From Candidatus Levyibacteriota bacterium (lineage in GTDB: Bacteria; Patescibacteriota; Microgenomatia; Levybacterales; UBA12049): a stretch of 64,000 nucleotides of DNA. Within the stretch, counting starts at the first letter, position 1, and every line of letters starts with the position of its first letter. This document shows positions 1-10,442 of this stretch, piece by piece. The translations under genes and the position numbers were made by a program. The stretch is taken from NCBI GenBank assembly GCA_963716145.1, contig OY970292.1:965404-1029403 (forward strand). Direction: 5' to 3'. Under the pieces are notes generated by a model. That model did not search any database. It saw only the letters and a list, made by a program, of their open reading frames with translations, and was not told the origin of the DNA.

Positions 1-1
1 T

Positions 2-178
2 GCGATTGTAATCGGAGGTTTTTCTGCCCCAGCTATTGGGATTGGCGCTCTTTGGAGTAAATTATTCAAGAAATCTCTCAAAAGAACTGTTTTATCAGTA
101 GTAATTATTCTTTTGGTAATTGGTTTAATTGTTGGAGGTTTTCTTATGATTGAAAACCCAAACAGGCCGATTTTTTAA
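2..178 (+). CDS. 3' fragment of a membrane protein; the window starts inside the gene
   Basis: Open frame from the window edge to TAA at 176-178. The translation (…AIVIGGFSAPAIGIGALWSKLFKK…VIILLVIGLIVGGFLMIENPNRPIF) is hydrophobic and helix-like. Confidence 0.3.
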   Translation, partial: AIVIGGFSAPAIGIGALWSKLFKKSLKRTVLSVVIILLVIGLIVGGFLMIENPNRPIF

Positions 179-1260
179 TCGTGGATATATTCCAGTAGCC
201 CAACTCCTTCTATTGCGCTCCCGTTATTTGTCTGCACAGAGCCTTCGATATTGCCCATGAACCAAGTGTATGATCCATTCGGAGCTTTATTTAGTCCATT
301 GATGCGTGAAATTTTTAGACTCGCGTTAATTGGGTTTGCTATTGAAATAGTGTAGTTTACGGGAGGATTTTTCTGATCTCTCGTAATTGATAGATTAAAA
401 GTTTTTGTAACAGAGCCATTTAAATCCTCCATAACCCCGATTTGATGGGTTTGGTAATTGGGGATTGGTTTTGCAACATCAGTTGAGTCAACATGGTAAA
501 ATCTCCCTTCTTTATCCCAAAACGCAACCCAATCTGTCGTCAGACCCAATGACTGATCGTAATATTGAATATCAGCTGAATTTGAAGAATAAATTCTTGT
601 ATATAAAATATAAACAGGAATATCCTGCCCATCTATTTTAAGAGTTCCGCTTCCCTGGGACATGAATTTGGTATACCCGGGAAGACTTCGCATCCCTATT
701 TCATTTTGTAAAATTCCTGTCGAGAAACTTAAATCCCTGTTGTTGATTATAATTTCTCCTTGAACAGATTCCTTGAGTACTCTGGAAGGATCTAGATCTA
801 TAGTCCAGTTTTTTACTAAATTATTGCTCACGATTGTTGAATCAGGTGTTTCAGAACTATTTATTTCACGAATCCATTTATTCCCGTCATAAAAACTTAC
901 TCTTGTTGTCTGGGAGTAGTTTTTGTCTTGCTCAGCGCGGGTAACCGATGCAACTAGATTTTTTTGAGGTTTGGTTTTGCTAACTATAACTACAGTGTCA
1001 TCGAAGTAGTGCTTTCCGGGTAAAAATTTTGTTGTCGTTTGGGCTACCTGCTGATTGGTTGGTCCAATAATTTGAGGAGTAGGTAAAACTTGAAGATTTT
1101 TTAATTTTGGATTTTTTTCTGATGCAAGCAGAGCAGAGAGAAAATATCCACTCGCAAAAGTTGTTATGAAGCCTAAAATAATAAGAAAAATTACCAGAGA
1201 CTTAGGAAAATTACCGGAAATATTTTTTTCTTCCATGAATTGATTGTAGAGTAAGGACAA
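175..1260 (-). CDS. hypothetical secreted or membrane-anchored protein: N-terminal TM helix, large extracytoplasmic domain
   Basis: 361-aa ORF with an N-terminal hydrophobic segment (LVIFLIILGFITTFASGYFLSALLA). No recognisable catalytic motif. Lies 22 nt downstream of the VanW gene on the same strand. Confidence 0.5.
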   Translation of the reverse strand: MSLLYNQFMEEKNISGNFPKSLVIFLIILGFITTFASGYFLSALLASEKNPKLKNLQVLPTPQIIGPTNQQVAQTTTKFLPGKHYFDDTVVIVSKTKPQKNLVASVTRAEQDKNYSQTTRVSFYDGNKWIREINSSETPDSTIVSNNLVKNWTIDLDPSRVLKESVQGEIIINNRDLSFSTGILQNEIGMRSLPGYTKFMSQGSGTLKIDGQDIPVYILYTRIYSSNSADIQYYDQSLGLTTDWVAFWDKEGRFYHVDSTDVAKPIPNYQTHQIGVMEDLNGSVTKTFNLSITRDQKNPPVNYTISIANPINASLKISRINGLNKAPNGSYTWFMGNIEGSVQTNNGSAIEGVGLLEYIHD

Positions 1261-1282
1261 CTAGAATTCAAACCTTATAGTT

Positions 1283-2743
1283 CTACATTGTCCCTCTTAA
1301 AAAAATTGCTTTCCAGGGGCGGTAGTTGGAGACAAATTTATCATCTGATGTGGTTTTACCATCTTTTTTAACAGTTCTGGTAAAGTAGACGTTCATGCCT
1401 CCTGCCGCAAAATCAATCTGCTTAACTTGTCCTTTTGGAAGATTCGGATCGTCTTGATATTCAGGCTCGGGTGCTGCGGATTGGCTGAGAATTATAGGTG
1501 TATTTATAGTAACTTCGCGGTTATCTTTTGTTCCATAAAGTTGAAAAGACAAGCTGTAGTTGCTCATGTCGGGAAATGCCTGAACGAGAATATGTTTACC
1601 TGTATCGTTTTTGAATTTAAGATCAGTGCCTGGTGAATAAATAGCAGCATCCACTCCAGGTGGGGAATCCTGCTCATAATACCCGACTCTATAAGCATGT
1701 TGATTGCGTTCTACAATTGGTAGTCCTGCTTTGAGGGCTGCCCGGAAAAGAGTAGTTGACACTTGGCAGACTCCGCCTCCATCCCCAAGAATTGTTTTAC
1801 TACCTGAAATTACATATGCCTGCTTGTACCCCGTAAAACTAGTGATATCTCCGACAGCTTTGTTGAATGAAAACACTTCACCCGGTGCAATAAGCACACC
1901 ATTGAGTCTGGAAGACGCAAGATTAATATTAAAAGCTCTATTTTCAATTGAACCTCTGAAAAGCGATGTCCCCTCGGCAATTAATTCCTTGATGCCATAA
2001 TTGTTGATTTTGTCGGTTGAGACTTTTGGCTCCAAAATCTTTATGGGGATTTTTAAAGTAATAGTATGCGGTTTTTCCGATTCAACACTGGTATTCATTG
2101 CTGACACTATTTCGCTTTTTAATTCTTTTACATCAAGTACCTGTCCGTTTTTGGAAAGCTTAAACGCTGAAACACGCCCGCTTTCAAAATTAAAAAGTCC
2201 TTCAACAGGCGGCTTGTCGAGTTTTGCCGATAATGGGGCAATTAATTTATCCAGTTTCTCTTCCTTGTAGTGAGTTGCTGCAGGCAATTGTACTCCGCCA
2301 ATATATGCTTGAAGAACAATGCTCATGTCTGAGAGAAGGTTTTCCGATCTGCCGATAGTATATGCTTGTTGGGCTGAAAGATTTTCATCATAGCCAAAAT
2401 CTATTTGCGCAGCGGAAATAGTAGCAGTTACATCCTGTGAGCTAAGATTAAAAACACTTTTTTGAATGGTTTTGTTTTTTTCGGCAAAATAATTTTTTAC
2501 TTTTTCGCGACTTTCTCCCCCGAAATCAACCCCGTTTACGTAAACCCCTTCATAAACTTTATTTGCGTAACTTGCCCGGTAACTCAGGTAAAGAAAGCTG
2601 ACAAAGAAGAATAAGCCTATGATTGTACCCAAAATAAACCAGAAAGAAACTTTTGCAAAACGCTTAAAGGATTTTTGCTTGTCGATCTCAACAGCTTCTT
2701 TTTTGACAATCAAGTTCTTGGATTTCGCAGAAACACTTTTCAT
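1283..2743 (-). CDS. VanW-family protein (vancomycin-resistance VanW-like) with an N-terminal TM anchor
   Basis: 486 aa. The C-terminal region carries the VanW-like signature …GDGGGVCQVSTTLFRAALKAGLPIVERNQHAYRVGYY… and an N-terminal TM helix. Confidence 0.75.
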   Translation of the reverse strand: MKSVSAKSKNLIVKKEAVEIDKQKSFKRFAKVSFWFILGTIIGLFFFVSFLYLSYRASYANKVYEGVYVNGVDFGGESREKVKNYFAEKNKTIQKSVFNLSSQDVTATISAAQIDFGYDENLSAQQAYTIGRSENLLSDMSIVLQAYIGGVQLPAATHYKEEKLDKLIAPLSAKLDKPPVEGLFNFESGRVSAFKLSKNGQVLDVKELKSEIVSAMNTSVESEKPHTITLKIPIKILEPKVSTDKINNYGIKELIAEGTSLFRGSIENRAFNINLASSRLNGVLIAPGEVFSFNKAVGDITSFTGYKQAYVISGSKTILGDGGGVCQVSTTLFRAALKAGLPIVERNQHAYRVGYYEQDSPPGVDAAIYSPGTDLKFKNDTGKHILVQAFPDMSNYSLSFQLYGTKDNREVTINTPIILSQSAAPEPEYQDDPNLPKGQVKQIDFAAGGMNVYFTRTVKKDGKTTSDDKFVSNYRPWKAIFLRGTM

Positions 2744-2782
2744 ATTTGATGTAAAGGTATTATACTATAAATATCACTTATT

Positions 2783-4345
2783 ATGGACGAGAATGTAGTA
2801 TTTAATCCAAACGAGCCGAACACGCAAAATACAGCTCAAGGCGCGGGTGTGGATCAGCCTGAGACCGTGACTCCTCAAGCGCCTACAGTATCAGAGTCTG
2901 TCACTAGCGTCGATCCGGCTTTGTCATCTACGCCGGATTCGGCTGAGAACGCAGGACAAGTTTCTTCTACAGATTCGTCAGGCTCACTACAGGAAGGCTC
3001 AGAGGAAGCTCAACCAAGCGAACCGCCTCCACCAATCCGCTCAGGTATACTGAGCAGTAGGATTTTTAAAATTATTATAGGCATAGTTATTTTGATTGCT
3101 ATAATTTTTGCTGTTGTCCTTTTTTTGCCGAAAGGAGCGGATAATAAAAAAGCTAAATTGGTTTGGTGGGGATTGTGGGAAGATCAAGCAGTTATGCAAT
3201 CTCTAATTGCTGACTTTCAAAAAGATCATCCGAACATTACTGTCGAGTACGTAAAGCAAGACCCCAAACAATATAGAGAGAAACTTCTTGCCAGGGTAAA
3301 TAATGGAACAGGGCCTGATATTTTCCGCTTTCACAATACCTGGGTTCCTATGCTGTCAAATGTATTGCTGCCTTTCTCCTCAGATGTAATTTCTACAGCT
3401 GAGTTTAAAAAGAATTATTATCCAGTTGTGCAGAGAGATTTGGTTCAAAATGGAGGGATTTACGGAATACCATTGGGCGCTGATTCCTTAGCCCTTTTTG
3501 TTAATACGGATATTTTTAAAGCAGCAGGAAAACAGCCTCCTCAAACTTGGGACGATTTTCTAACTACAGCAGGAGACCTGACAGTAAAAGAGGCGGATAC
3601 AAACAAGATAAAAACTGCGGGCGCAGCATTGGGCACATACGGAAATATTACACACGCTCCTGACATAATTTCTTTGCTTTTTCTTCAACAAGGAGTGGAT
3701 ATGAAAAAATTTCCAACCTCTGCAGATAAAGAAACAGAAGCCATGAATTATTACACTTATTTTGCAAAAGGGGATAAAAACGTATGGGATAATACGCTTG
3801 ATGAGTCAATTCTTTCTTTCTCCCGCGGTAGCCTTGCTATGTATATAGGTTATTCTTGGGACATCTTTAGAATTCAAGCACTAAATAAGGATCTCCCTTT
3901 TAGTACTCATCCCGTACCCCAGCTGGTAGGTCAGCGCGCAAATGTCGCAAGCTATTGGGTAGAGGGCGTTTCCTCAAAAAGTCAAAATCAAAAAGCTGCA
4001 TTACTCTTCATGCAGTATTTAAGCAAAAAAGAGACAGCTCAAAAATTTTACAGCGCAGTTAGCAAAACTCGTGCTTTTGGAGAACCTTATGCTCGAGCCG
4101 ATCTGGCCGGGACTTTGAAGGACAATAAACTTTTATACCCATTTGTAACTCAGCTGGAGAGTGCTTCTTCTTCAATTTTTGCAAGTGATACAAATGATGG
4201 AGAAGGGGGAATCAATTTCCTTAGCAATACTTATCTTAGAGATGCGGTAAACTCAATTATAAACGATGGCAGTTCTGCCCAATCGGCAGTAGAAACGCTC
4301 GATAAAGGAATTGACCAGGTTTTTCAGAAATATGAAATACATTGA
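2783..4345 (+). CDS. extracellular solute-binding protein (ABC transporter SBP, family-1-like), membrane-anchored, with a P/S/T/E-rich N-terminal tail
   Basis: 520 aa: an ~85-aa low-complexity N-terminus, a TM helix (IIIGIVILIAIIFAVVLFL), then an SBP-like domain (KLVWWGLWEDQAVMQSLIADFQKDHPNITVEYV…). No permease or ATPase gene is adjacent. Confidence 0.65.
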   Translation: MDENVVFNPNEPNTQNTAQGAGVDQPETVTPQAPTVSESVTSVDPALSSTPDSAENAGQVSSTDSSGSLQEGSEEAQPSEPPPPIRSGILSSRIFKIIIGIVILIAIIFAVVLFLPKGADNKKAKLVWWGLWEDQAVMQSLIADFQKDHPNITVEYVKQDPKQYREKLLARVNNGTGPDIFRFHNTWVPMLSNVLLPFSSDVISTAEFKKNYYPVVQRDLVQNGGIYGIPLGADSLALFVNTDIFKAAGKQPPQTWDDFLTTAGDLTVKEADTNKIKTAGAALGTYGNITHAPDIISLLFLQQGVDMKKFPTSADKETEAMNYYTYFAKGDKNVWDNTLDESILSFSRGSLAMYIGYSWDIFRIQALNKDLPFSTHPVPQLVGQRANVASYWVEGVSSKSQNQKAALLFMQYLSKKETAQKFYSAVSKTRAFGEPYARADLAGTLKDNKLLYPFVTQLESASSSIFASDTNDGEGGINFLSNTYLRDAVNSIINDGSSAQSAVETLDKGIDQVFQKYEIH

Positions 4346-5258
4346 AAAGATCCGTTTTGACTTGGCAAGAAGAGCAATTATAAAAACACTGACCTACAGT
4401 GATATTTTTGATTTTCCTTTAAGTTTTGAGGAGCTTTGGGAGTATTTAGTATCCGACATAGTGGTGAGTAAAGAGCTCTTTGGGCAAGCTATTGATAAAT
4501 TATTGCAAGAAGGTTATATTAATTATGATAATAAATATTATTGTCTTGAAGGACGAAAAAAAAATATTCAGAAGAGACATGATAATCTTCCGGAAGTTTC
4601 GAAAAAGCTGGAAATAGCTCAAAAAGCCGCGAGTTTACTTTCGTATATTCCGACGATTCAGTTGATTGGAATAAGCGGGGGACTTGCAATGTACGATGCT
4701 GATAAAGACGATGACATCGACTTTTTTGTTATTGCAAAAAATAAAACTCTTTTTATAACCAGAATTTGGATCTTGGGAATTCTTCAAATTTTAAAGCTCA
4801 GAAGAACAAGATTGGATAAAAATCCAGCTAATAAAATTTGTGTCAATTTTATGCTTGACGAAGAAAAGTTAAATTTTCCAAAACACAAACGTGATATTTA
4901 CATAGCTCATGAGATAGCACAAGTGAAACCGCTTTTTGAGCGAGAAGATACATATAGGAAATTTTTAAGAGCTAATTCATGGATAAAGAGGTTTTTTCCA
5001 AACGCTGAGCCTCAAAATAGCAGTGTTTTGCAGAAACAACTTGGGTATGATAGCTTTAAGGCTTTTATTTTTCTGATTAAATTTCATCCCTTGGAAGATT
5101 TATTAAAACGGGCACAGATTAGATATTTACGGCAGCATCAAACAATTGAGAAAGTCTCAGATTACGCAATTGCTTTCCATCCAAATGATTATAGGGTACA
5201 AACCATTAAAAAAATGAACCTAAAACTTCGGCAATTAGGTTTATTGACAAACATCTAA
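4332..5258 (+). CDS. Pol-beta-superfamily nucleotidyltransferase-domain protein
   Basis: Contains the motif GISGGLAMYDADKDDDIDFFVI (G[SG]…DhDh) followed by a further acidic cluster (MLDEE). The start was moved to the MKYIEK Met to avoid overlap with the upstream gene. Confidence 0.4.
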   Translation: MKYIEKIRFDLARRAIIKTLTYSDIFDFPLSFEELWEYLVSDIVVSKELFGQAIDKLLQEGYINYDNKYYCLEGRKKNIQKRHDNLPEVSKKLEIAQKAASLLSYIPTIQLIGISGGLAMYDADKDDDIDFFVIAKNKTLFITRIWILGILQILKLRRTRLDKNPANKICVNFMLDEEKLNFPKHKRDIYIAHEIAQVKPLFEREDTYRKFLRANSWIKRFFPNAEPQNSSVLQKQLGYDSFKAFIFLIKFHPLEDLLKRAQIRYLRQHQTIEKVSDYAIAFHPNDYRVQTIKKMNLKLRQLGLLTNI

Positions 5259-5352
5259 ATATTATTTATACTTTCACAGAATTCGCTTGAATTTCCATGG
5301 CTCCCTCAATTAATTAGTGTTGAGGGATTTGTTTTATAAAGCATTTTATAAT

Positions 5353-5823
5353 ATGAATAGTAAAAAAGTTTACCTAACTCAAAAAGGATTGGACGATCAC
5401 AAGAAAGAATACGATGATCTGGTCAAAACTAGACGGGGCGAAGTGGTTGAGCGACTTTCAGCAGCTCGTGATATGGGAGACCTGTCGGAGAATGCAGAGT
5501 ATACAGCAGCCCGTGAGGAGTTAGCGTTTATTGATGGGAGAATTGAAGAGCTTGAGATGCTTTTAAAACAAGTTGTGCTTATCGAAGACGCGGGACATCA
5601 CAAAAGTAAGACTGTAGACTTAGGATCCAAAGTTACAGTTAAAGTTAAGGGCAAAGAAGAAGTTTTCACTTTGGTAGGAGAATGGGAAGCAGACCCGACT
5701 GAGAAAAAAATTTCCCATGAATCACCGCTAGGCAAAGCTCTGATTGGTAAAATAGTGGGAGATGACATTGAAGTCGAAGCGCCAGTCGGCAAAATGGTCT
5801 ACACAGTCGTTGAGATTAGTTAA
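5353..5823 (+). CDS. greA: transcription elongation factor GreA
   Basis: MNSKKVYLTQKGLDDHKKEYDDL…MGDLSENAEYTAAREELAFIDGRIEELE… is a typical GreA coiled-coil plus FKBP-like C-terminal domain. An internal Met was chosen as the start. Confidence 0.85.
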   Translation: MNSKKVYLTQKGLDDHKKEYDDLVKTRRGEVVERLSAARDMGDLSENAEYTAAREELAFIDGRIEELEMLLKQVVLIEDAGHHKSKTVDLGSKVTVKVKGKEEVFTLVGEWEADPTEKKISHESPLGKALIGKIVGDDIEVEAPVGKMVYTVVEIS

Positions 5824-5865
5824 ATTCAAGATTTTCACGCCCCCCAATCATTTTCGTTTTCAACA

Positions 5866-5894
5866 TTGACCCGTTAACTTTGAACATTTATAAT
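5866..5894 (+). promoter_or_regulatory. sigma70-like promoter (TTGACC-17-TATAAT) upstream of the phosphoketolase gene
   Basis: ttgacc at 5866-5871, a 17-nt spacer, tataat at 5889-5894. The CDS starts at 5911, implying a very short leader. Confidence 0.45.
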
Positions 5895-5910
5895 ACAAGC
5901 ACCAAAACAT

Positions 5911-8685
5911 ATGGACCGCGATATTGAGAAAATAAAAAAATATATCAGGGCCGCAAATTATCTGACAGTCAGTCAGATTTATCTTCAAGACAATTATTTA
6001 CTTGAAAAACCGCTAAAATCAGAGGACATAAAGCCAAGACTTGCAGGCCACTGGGGAACGTGTCCCGGAGTGAGCTTTGTCTACGCTCACCTCAATCATC
6101 TTGTTAAGAAACATAAGCAATCATCAATTTTTGTTCTTGGACCAGGACACGGCATGGGGGGATTACAGGCAAATCTATTTATGGAAGGAACGCTTGAGAA
6201 GTATTACCCGAAAGCAACCAGAGATGCAAAAGGAATTGAATACATTTCCAAAAGGTATACCTGGCCGCGTGGATTTTCAAGCCACGCAAGTCCGGAGTCG
6301 CCTGGTTTAATCCTGGAAGGCGGAGAGTTAGGCTATTCACTAGGGTCAGCTTATGGGGCTATTTTGGATAACCCGGATTTATTGGCAGTATGTTTGATAG
6401 GGGACGGAGAAGCAGAAACAGGTGCGATTGCAGCGGCCTGGCATATTAATAAATTAATTGATCCGGCGACCAATGGCGCGGTGCTCCCCATTCTCCACGT
6501 CAATGGTTATAAAATTTCAGGCCCTACAATTTTTGGCCGGATGAGCAATAAAGAAATGGAAGATTTGTTTAGCGGTTATGGATATGAACCGTTTTTTGTT
6601 GAGGGCGAGAGGCTTGATGAGAAAATGTTAACAACTCTTGAAGCATGCTATCAGCGCATCAAGAAAATTCAGCAAGAAGCAAAAGGAAGCAATCCGCCAT
6701 TTAAACCCCGTTTCCCGATGATCGTAATGCGCACGCCCAAAGGCATGACAACAGTGAAAGAACTTAGGGGACAAAAAATAGAAGGAACGATTCTCTCCCA
6801 CCATGTAGTAATGCCGACAGTTAAAGGGGATGAAGAAGAGCTTAAAGCGCTTGAGGCATGGATGAGGTCGTACAAATTCGATGAGCTGTTTGATAAGGAG
6901 AAAGGTTTTGCACAGGATATATTAGACAATGTTCCGGAGGATGAATTACTAGTTGGTAATAACCATCACGTGTTTGGCAAGACATACAAGCCTCTAATTT
7001 TGCCTGCGAGTAAAAAATTGGAGAAGGCAGTTACAGTTCCGGGCGAAATCCAATCAAACGCTATGCGTATGGCAGGGTTTTTTCTGAAAGAAGTTTTTGA
7101 ATTAAATAAGAAAACCAATAATATCCGCCTTATGTCACCTGATGAGACCTATTCCAACCGGCTTGATAATGTTTTTGAAGTAACAGGACGGGCTTGGGTA
7201 TGGCCGCAGGATCCGGGTGATAAAGACATAGCCAGAGATGGCCGGGTTATGGAAATGCTTTCGGAACACAATATGCAGGGGCTTGCCCAAGGATATGTCC
7301 TGACCGGCAGACATGCTGCGTTTACAACCTATGAAGCATTTGCCCAGATCTTCGCGAGTATGGCCCACATGTATCAAAAGTTTTTAAAGTATGTCCGTAA
7401 AATGCCGTGGAGACAGGATATTCCCTCAATGAATTATTTGATCACCTCAACTGTCTGGCGTCAAGAGCGTAACGGATACTCTCATCAAAACCCCGGTTTT
7501 ATCTCAGGCATGCTTGAGAAGCACAATGATTTTATAAAAGCCTATTTTCCGGTTGATGACAACAGTATGCTGGCGATTCTTGAGGAAACATTTGCCTCAA
7601 AAAATCAGATGAATATTATTACTGCCGGAAAAACACCTGAACCGCGCTGGCTGACTTACCCACAGGCGAAAGAGGCACTAGCGGATGGCATCAGCACGTG
7701 GGAGTTCGCGAGTGATGAAAATCCTCATATTGTGATCGCGGGAGTTGGGGATTATATGACCAAAGAAGCACTTGCAATGATTGAAACAGTAAAAGCAGAT
7801 GCTCCCGAAATACATATCCGGTTTGTAAATATTCTACGTTTACAGGCTGCGTGTTCTTGCGAGGATGAATTCCACCCGCAAATTCCGGACGCGGAAAAAT
7901 ATTTTACTGTTGATAAACCGGTGATTGTTAACTTCCATGGTTATCCTGAAGCGATGCAAAGTATTTTATTTAAGGTCAAAAATCCCCAGCGTTTTTCTGT
8001 GCATGGATATAACGAATGGGGAGGGACAACTACGCCATTTGATCTGCTAGTTCGCAATCAAACAGACCGTTTCCATCTGGCAATTGAGACTGTTGAAATG
8101 ATGAGTAAAAATGGAATAATTACCACGGCGAAAAAAGACAAATTAGTTACAAAATACAAAAAAGCGTTGTCTGATCATTATGCATATATTACAAAAGTAG
8201 GTTGTGATCCTGAAGAGATCGAAAACTGGCAGTGGAAAGGTATTGCGCCTAAAAGCACTGGAGTAGACGATATTGCAAATCTTGATCAATTGAAGAATGC
8301 CCGGACAATTGCGTTTATCGGTCTCTCTGATAATCCCGAGCGCCACAGTAACCGTGTTGCAAAATATTTTCAGAATAAAGGTTATCGGATTATTCCGATA
8401 AACCCAAAAGTTAAAGAAGTTTTGGGCGAGAAGTCTTACCCCGATCTTCTTTCAATTCCTAATGATATTTATATTGATATTGTTGATATTTTTCGTAATC
8501 CGGCTGATGTAATACCTCACATGCAGGAAATTGTTGAGCGAGGTAATATCAAAACTGTCTGGCTTGCCGAAGGAGCAAATAGTCCTGTTGCTGAAGATTT
8601 TGCTGAAGACTACGGTCTTTCAATGGTTACAAATTTTTGTATAATGGACGCATATAAAGATCTGGAAAAACAAAAATCCATATGA
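5911..8685 (+). CDS. xfp: xylulose-5-phosphate/fructose-6-phosphate phosphoketolase fused to a C-terminal CoA-binding (YccU/CoA_binding_2-like) domain
   Basis: N-terminal ~800 aa match phosphoketolase (…GHWGTCPGVSFVYAHLNHLV…, TPP-enzyme architecture). The C-terminal ~130 aa (…TIAFIGLSDNPERHSNRVAKYFQNKGYRIIPINPKVKEVLGEKSYPDL…VWLAEGA…) resemble a Rossmann-like CoA-binding domain. Confidence 0.85.
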   Translation: MDRDIEKIKKYIRAANYLTVSQIYLQDNYLLEKPLKSEDIKPRLAGHWGTCPGVSFVYAHLNHLVKKHKQSSIFVLGPGHGMGGLQANLFMEGTLEKYYPKATRDAKGIEYISKRYTWPRGFSSHASPESPGLILEGGELGYSLGSAYGAILDNPDLLAVCLIGDGEAETGAIAAAWHINKLIDPATNGAVLPILHVNGYKISGPTIFGRMSNKEMEDLFSGYGYEPFFVEGERLDEKMLTTLEACYQRIKKIQQEAKGSNPPFKPRFPMIVMRTPKGMTTVKELRGQKIEGTILSHHVVMPTVKGDEEELKALEAWMRSYKFDELFDKEKGFAQDILDNVPEDELLVGNNHHVFGKTYKPLILPASKKLEKAVTVPGEIQSNAMRMAGFFLKEVFELNKKTNNIRLMSPDETYSNRLDNVFEVTGRAWVWPQDPGDKDIARDGRVMEMLSEHNMQGLAQGYVLTGRHAAFTTYEAFAQIFASMAHMYQKFLKYVRKMPWRQDIPSMNYLITSTVWRQERNGYSHQNPGFISGMLEKHNDFIKAYFPVDDNSMLAILEETFASKNQMNIITAGKTPEPRWLTYPQAKEALADGISTWEFASDENPHIVIAGVGDYMTKEALAMIETVKADAPEIHIRFVNILRLQAACSCEDEFHPQIPDAEKYFTVDKPVIVNFHGYPEAMQSILFKVKNPQRFSVHGYNEWGGTTTPFDLLVRNQTDRFHLAIETVEMMSKNGIITTAKKDKLVTKYKKALSDHYAYITKVGCDPEEIENWQWKGIAPKSTGVDDIANLDQLKNARTIAFIGLSDNPERHSNRVAKYFQNKGYRIIPINPKVKEVLGEKSYPDLLSIPNDIYIDIVDIFRNPADVIPHMQEIVERGNIKTVWLAEGANSPVAEDFAEDYGLSMVTNFCIMDAYKDLEKQKSI

Positions 8686-10436
8686 GCGATAAGGCAAAAA
8701 TTATCCCCAAAGATCTTAGTAAATTTTCCAAAACCCCTAATCTTTTGGATTATGACAAGATTTATAAATCGTTTTCCTGGGACAAAGCCGCTACTGAAGA
8801 AATAGAATTTTTTTCCGACGGGACACTGAATATCGCCTATAACTGCATTGACCGGCACGCGAATGGAAAAAGAAAAGATAAAACAGCATTGCTTTTTGAG
8901 GACGCCAATGGCAAAAAGGAAACATACACATTTTCGGATCTAAAAAAAGAAACAGATAAATTCGCCAATGTTCTTGTTTCTCAAAATATAAAAAAGGGCG
9001 AGCGCGTTTTTATCTTCCTTCCCCCAATTCCTGAACGCTATGTAGCTTTTTTGGGAATTTTGAAAATGGGAGCCATAGCCGGAACAATGTTTTCAGCTTT
9101 TCAGGAAATGGCGCTTTTAGACCGTTTGTCAGACTCGGGTGCGAAAGTTGTTGTCACCAACGCGGTTTTGTATCCCCGGATTGAAAAAATATGGAAAGAT
9201 TTACCCGATTTGGAAAAGGTAATCATTGTTGACCGGGGCTCAGTTGAGATGCCAACCGGTGAAAAAATTATTCACTACAACGAAGAAATGAAAAAAGCAA
9301 AAGCTGAGTTTAATATTGCGCATATGAAAAAAGATGATTATTCCTACATGCTTTATACATCAGGAACTACAGGAAAGCCAAAAGGCGTTATGCACGCTCA
9401 TTACGACATTCTTCAGGCAATTGTAACCACAAAATATGTTCTGGATATTCAGGAGAATGATATCTATTGGTGTACAGCTGACATAGGCTGGGTGACTGGC
9501 GTTGTCTATGCAACTCTTGGGCCTTGGGGTTTGGGAGCAACTCAAGTGCTGTTTGAGGGAAGATTTAGTCCTGAGAGTTGGTACAAAATAATGCAAGATT
9601 ATAAAGTTACTCTTTGGTATACAGCTCCAACCGCGATTCGGATGCTGATGGGATCCCCCGTCCCGCCAAAAGATTATGATCTGTCTTCATTGCGACAAAT
9701 TTTTAGCGTTGGAGAACCGCTGAATCCTGAGGCAATTTGGTGGGGACTTGAGGCATATGGCCTACCGTTTCATGATACTTGGTGGCAGACAGAGCTCGGA
9801 GGAATATCGATTACTAATTATCCTGTTATGGATGTAAGACCCGGTTCAATGGGAAAGCCATTGCCCGGAATAACAGCCGGGATTATTGATGACCAAGGAA
9901 AAGAATTGGCAGATGGAGAAGAAGGGCATTTGGCACTTTTATCATCGACCGTTTCTTCGCTGATGAAAACTATCTGGAACAATGAGGAGAAATTCAAATC
10001 CTATTTTTCAGGCGATTGGTATATTTCAGGAGACAAGGCATTCAGAGACAAAGATGGATATTATTGGTTCATAGGTAGAGCTGATGATGTGATCAAGACA
10101 TCAGGCGAGCGCGTCGGGCCGTTTGAAGTGGAGAGCTCTTTGGTTGAGCATCCGGATATAGTTGAAGCAGGAGTAATTGGAAAGCCGGACGCGGTGCGGG
10201 GTGAGATAATCAAAGCGTTTGTTGTCACCAAGCCCGGAGTTGCCCAGACAGATGAATTGAAAGAGGAGCTAAAACAACACGTTAAAAAGCACCTGGCAGG
10301 GCATGCCTATCCGCGGGAGATTGATTTTATTGATAAACTGCCAAAGACAAGATCAGGCAAAATCATGCGAAGAGTTCTGAAAGCTCAGGAATTAGGCCTA
10401 CCCATTGGCGACACCTCAACACTTGAAGATTATTAA
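8682..10436 (+). CDS. AMP-forming acyl-CoA synthetase (acetyl-CoA synthetase-like)
   Basis: Adenylate-forming signatures are present: YTSGTTGKPKGV, DTWWQTELGG, YISGDKAFRDKDGYYWFIGRADDVIKTSGERVGPFEVE and a C-terminal K (SGKIMRR). Overlaps the xfp stop codon by 4 nt. Confidence 0.8.
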   Translation: MSDKAKIIPKDLSKFSKTPNLLDYDKIYKSFSWDKAATEEIEFFSDGTLNIAYNCIDRHANGKRKDKTALLFEDANGKKETYTFSDLKKETDKFANVLVSQNIKKGERVFIFLPPIPERYVAFLGILKMGAIAGTMFSAFQEMALLDRLSDSGAKVVVTNAVLYPRIEKIWKDLPDLEKVIIVDRGSVEMPTGEKIIHYNEEMKKAKAEFNIAHMKKDDYSYMLYTSGTTGKPKGVMHAHYDILQAIVTTKYVLDIQENDIYWCTADIGWVTGVVYATLGPWGLGATQVLFEGRFSPESWYKIMQDYKVTLWYTAPTAIRMLMGSPVPPKDYDLSSLRQIFSVGEPLNPEAIWWGLEAYGLPFHDTWWQTELGGISITNYPVMDVRPGSMGKPLPGITAGIIDDQGKELADGEEGHLALLSSTVSSLMKTIWNNEEKFKSYFSGDWYISGDKAFRDKDGYYWFIGRADDVIKTSGERVGPFEVESSLVEHPDIVEAGVIGKPDAVRGEIIKAFVVTKPGVAQTDELKEELKQHVKKHLAGHAYPREIDFIDKLPKTRSGKIMRRVLKAQELGLPIGDTSTLEDY

Positions 10437-10442
10437 ATCTTG

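Noticed and set aside
1427-2270. Three plus-strand ORFs (1427..1636, 1704..2000, 2001..2270) inside the VanW gene region
   Set aside because: They lie entirely antisense to a long, motif-bearing minus-strand CDS. They are low-complexity and have no start context, so they are treated as antisense artefacts.
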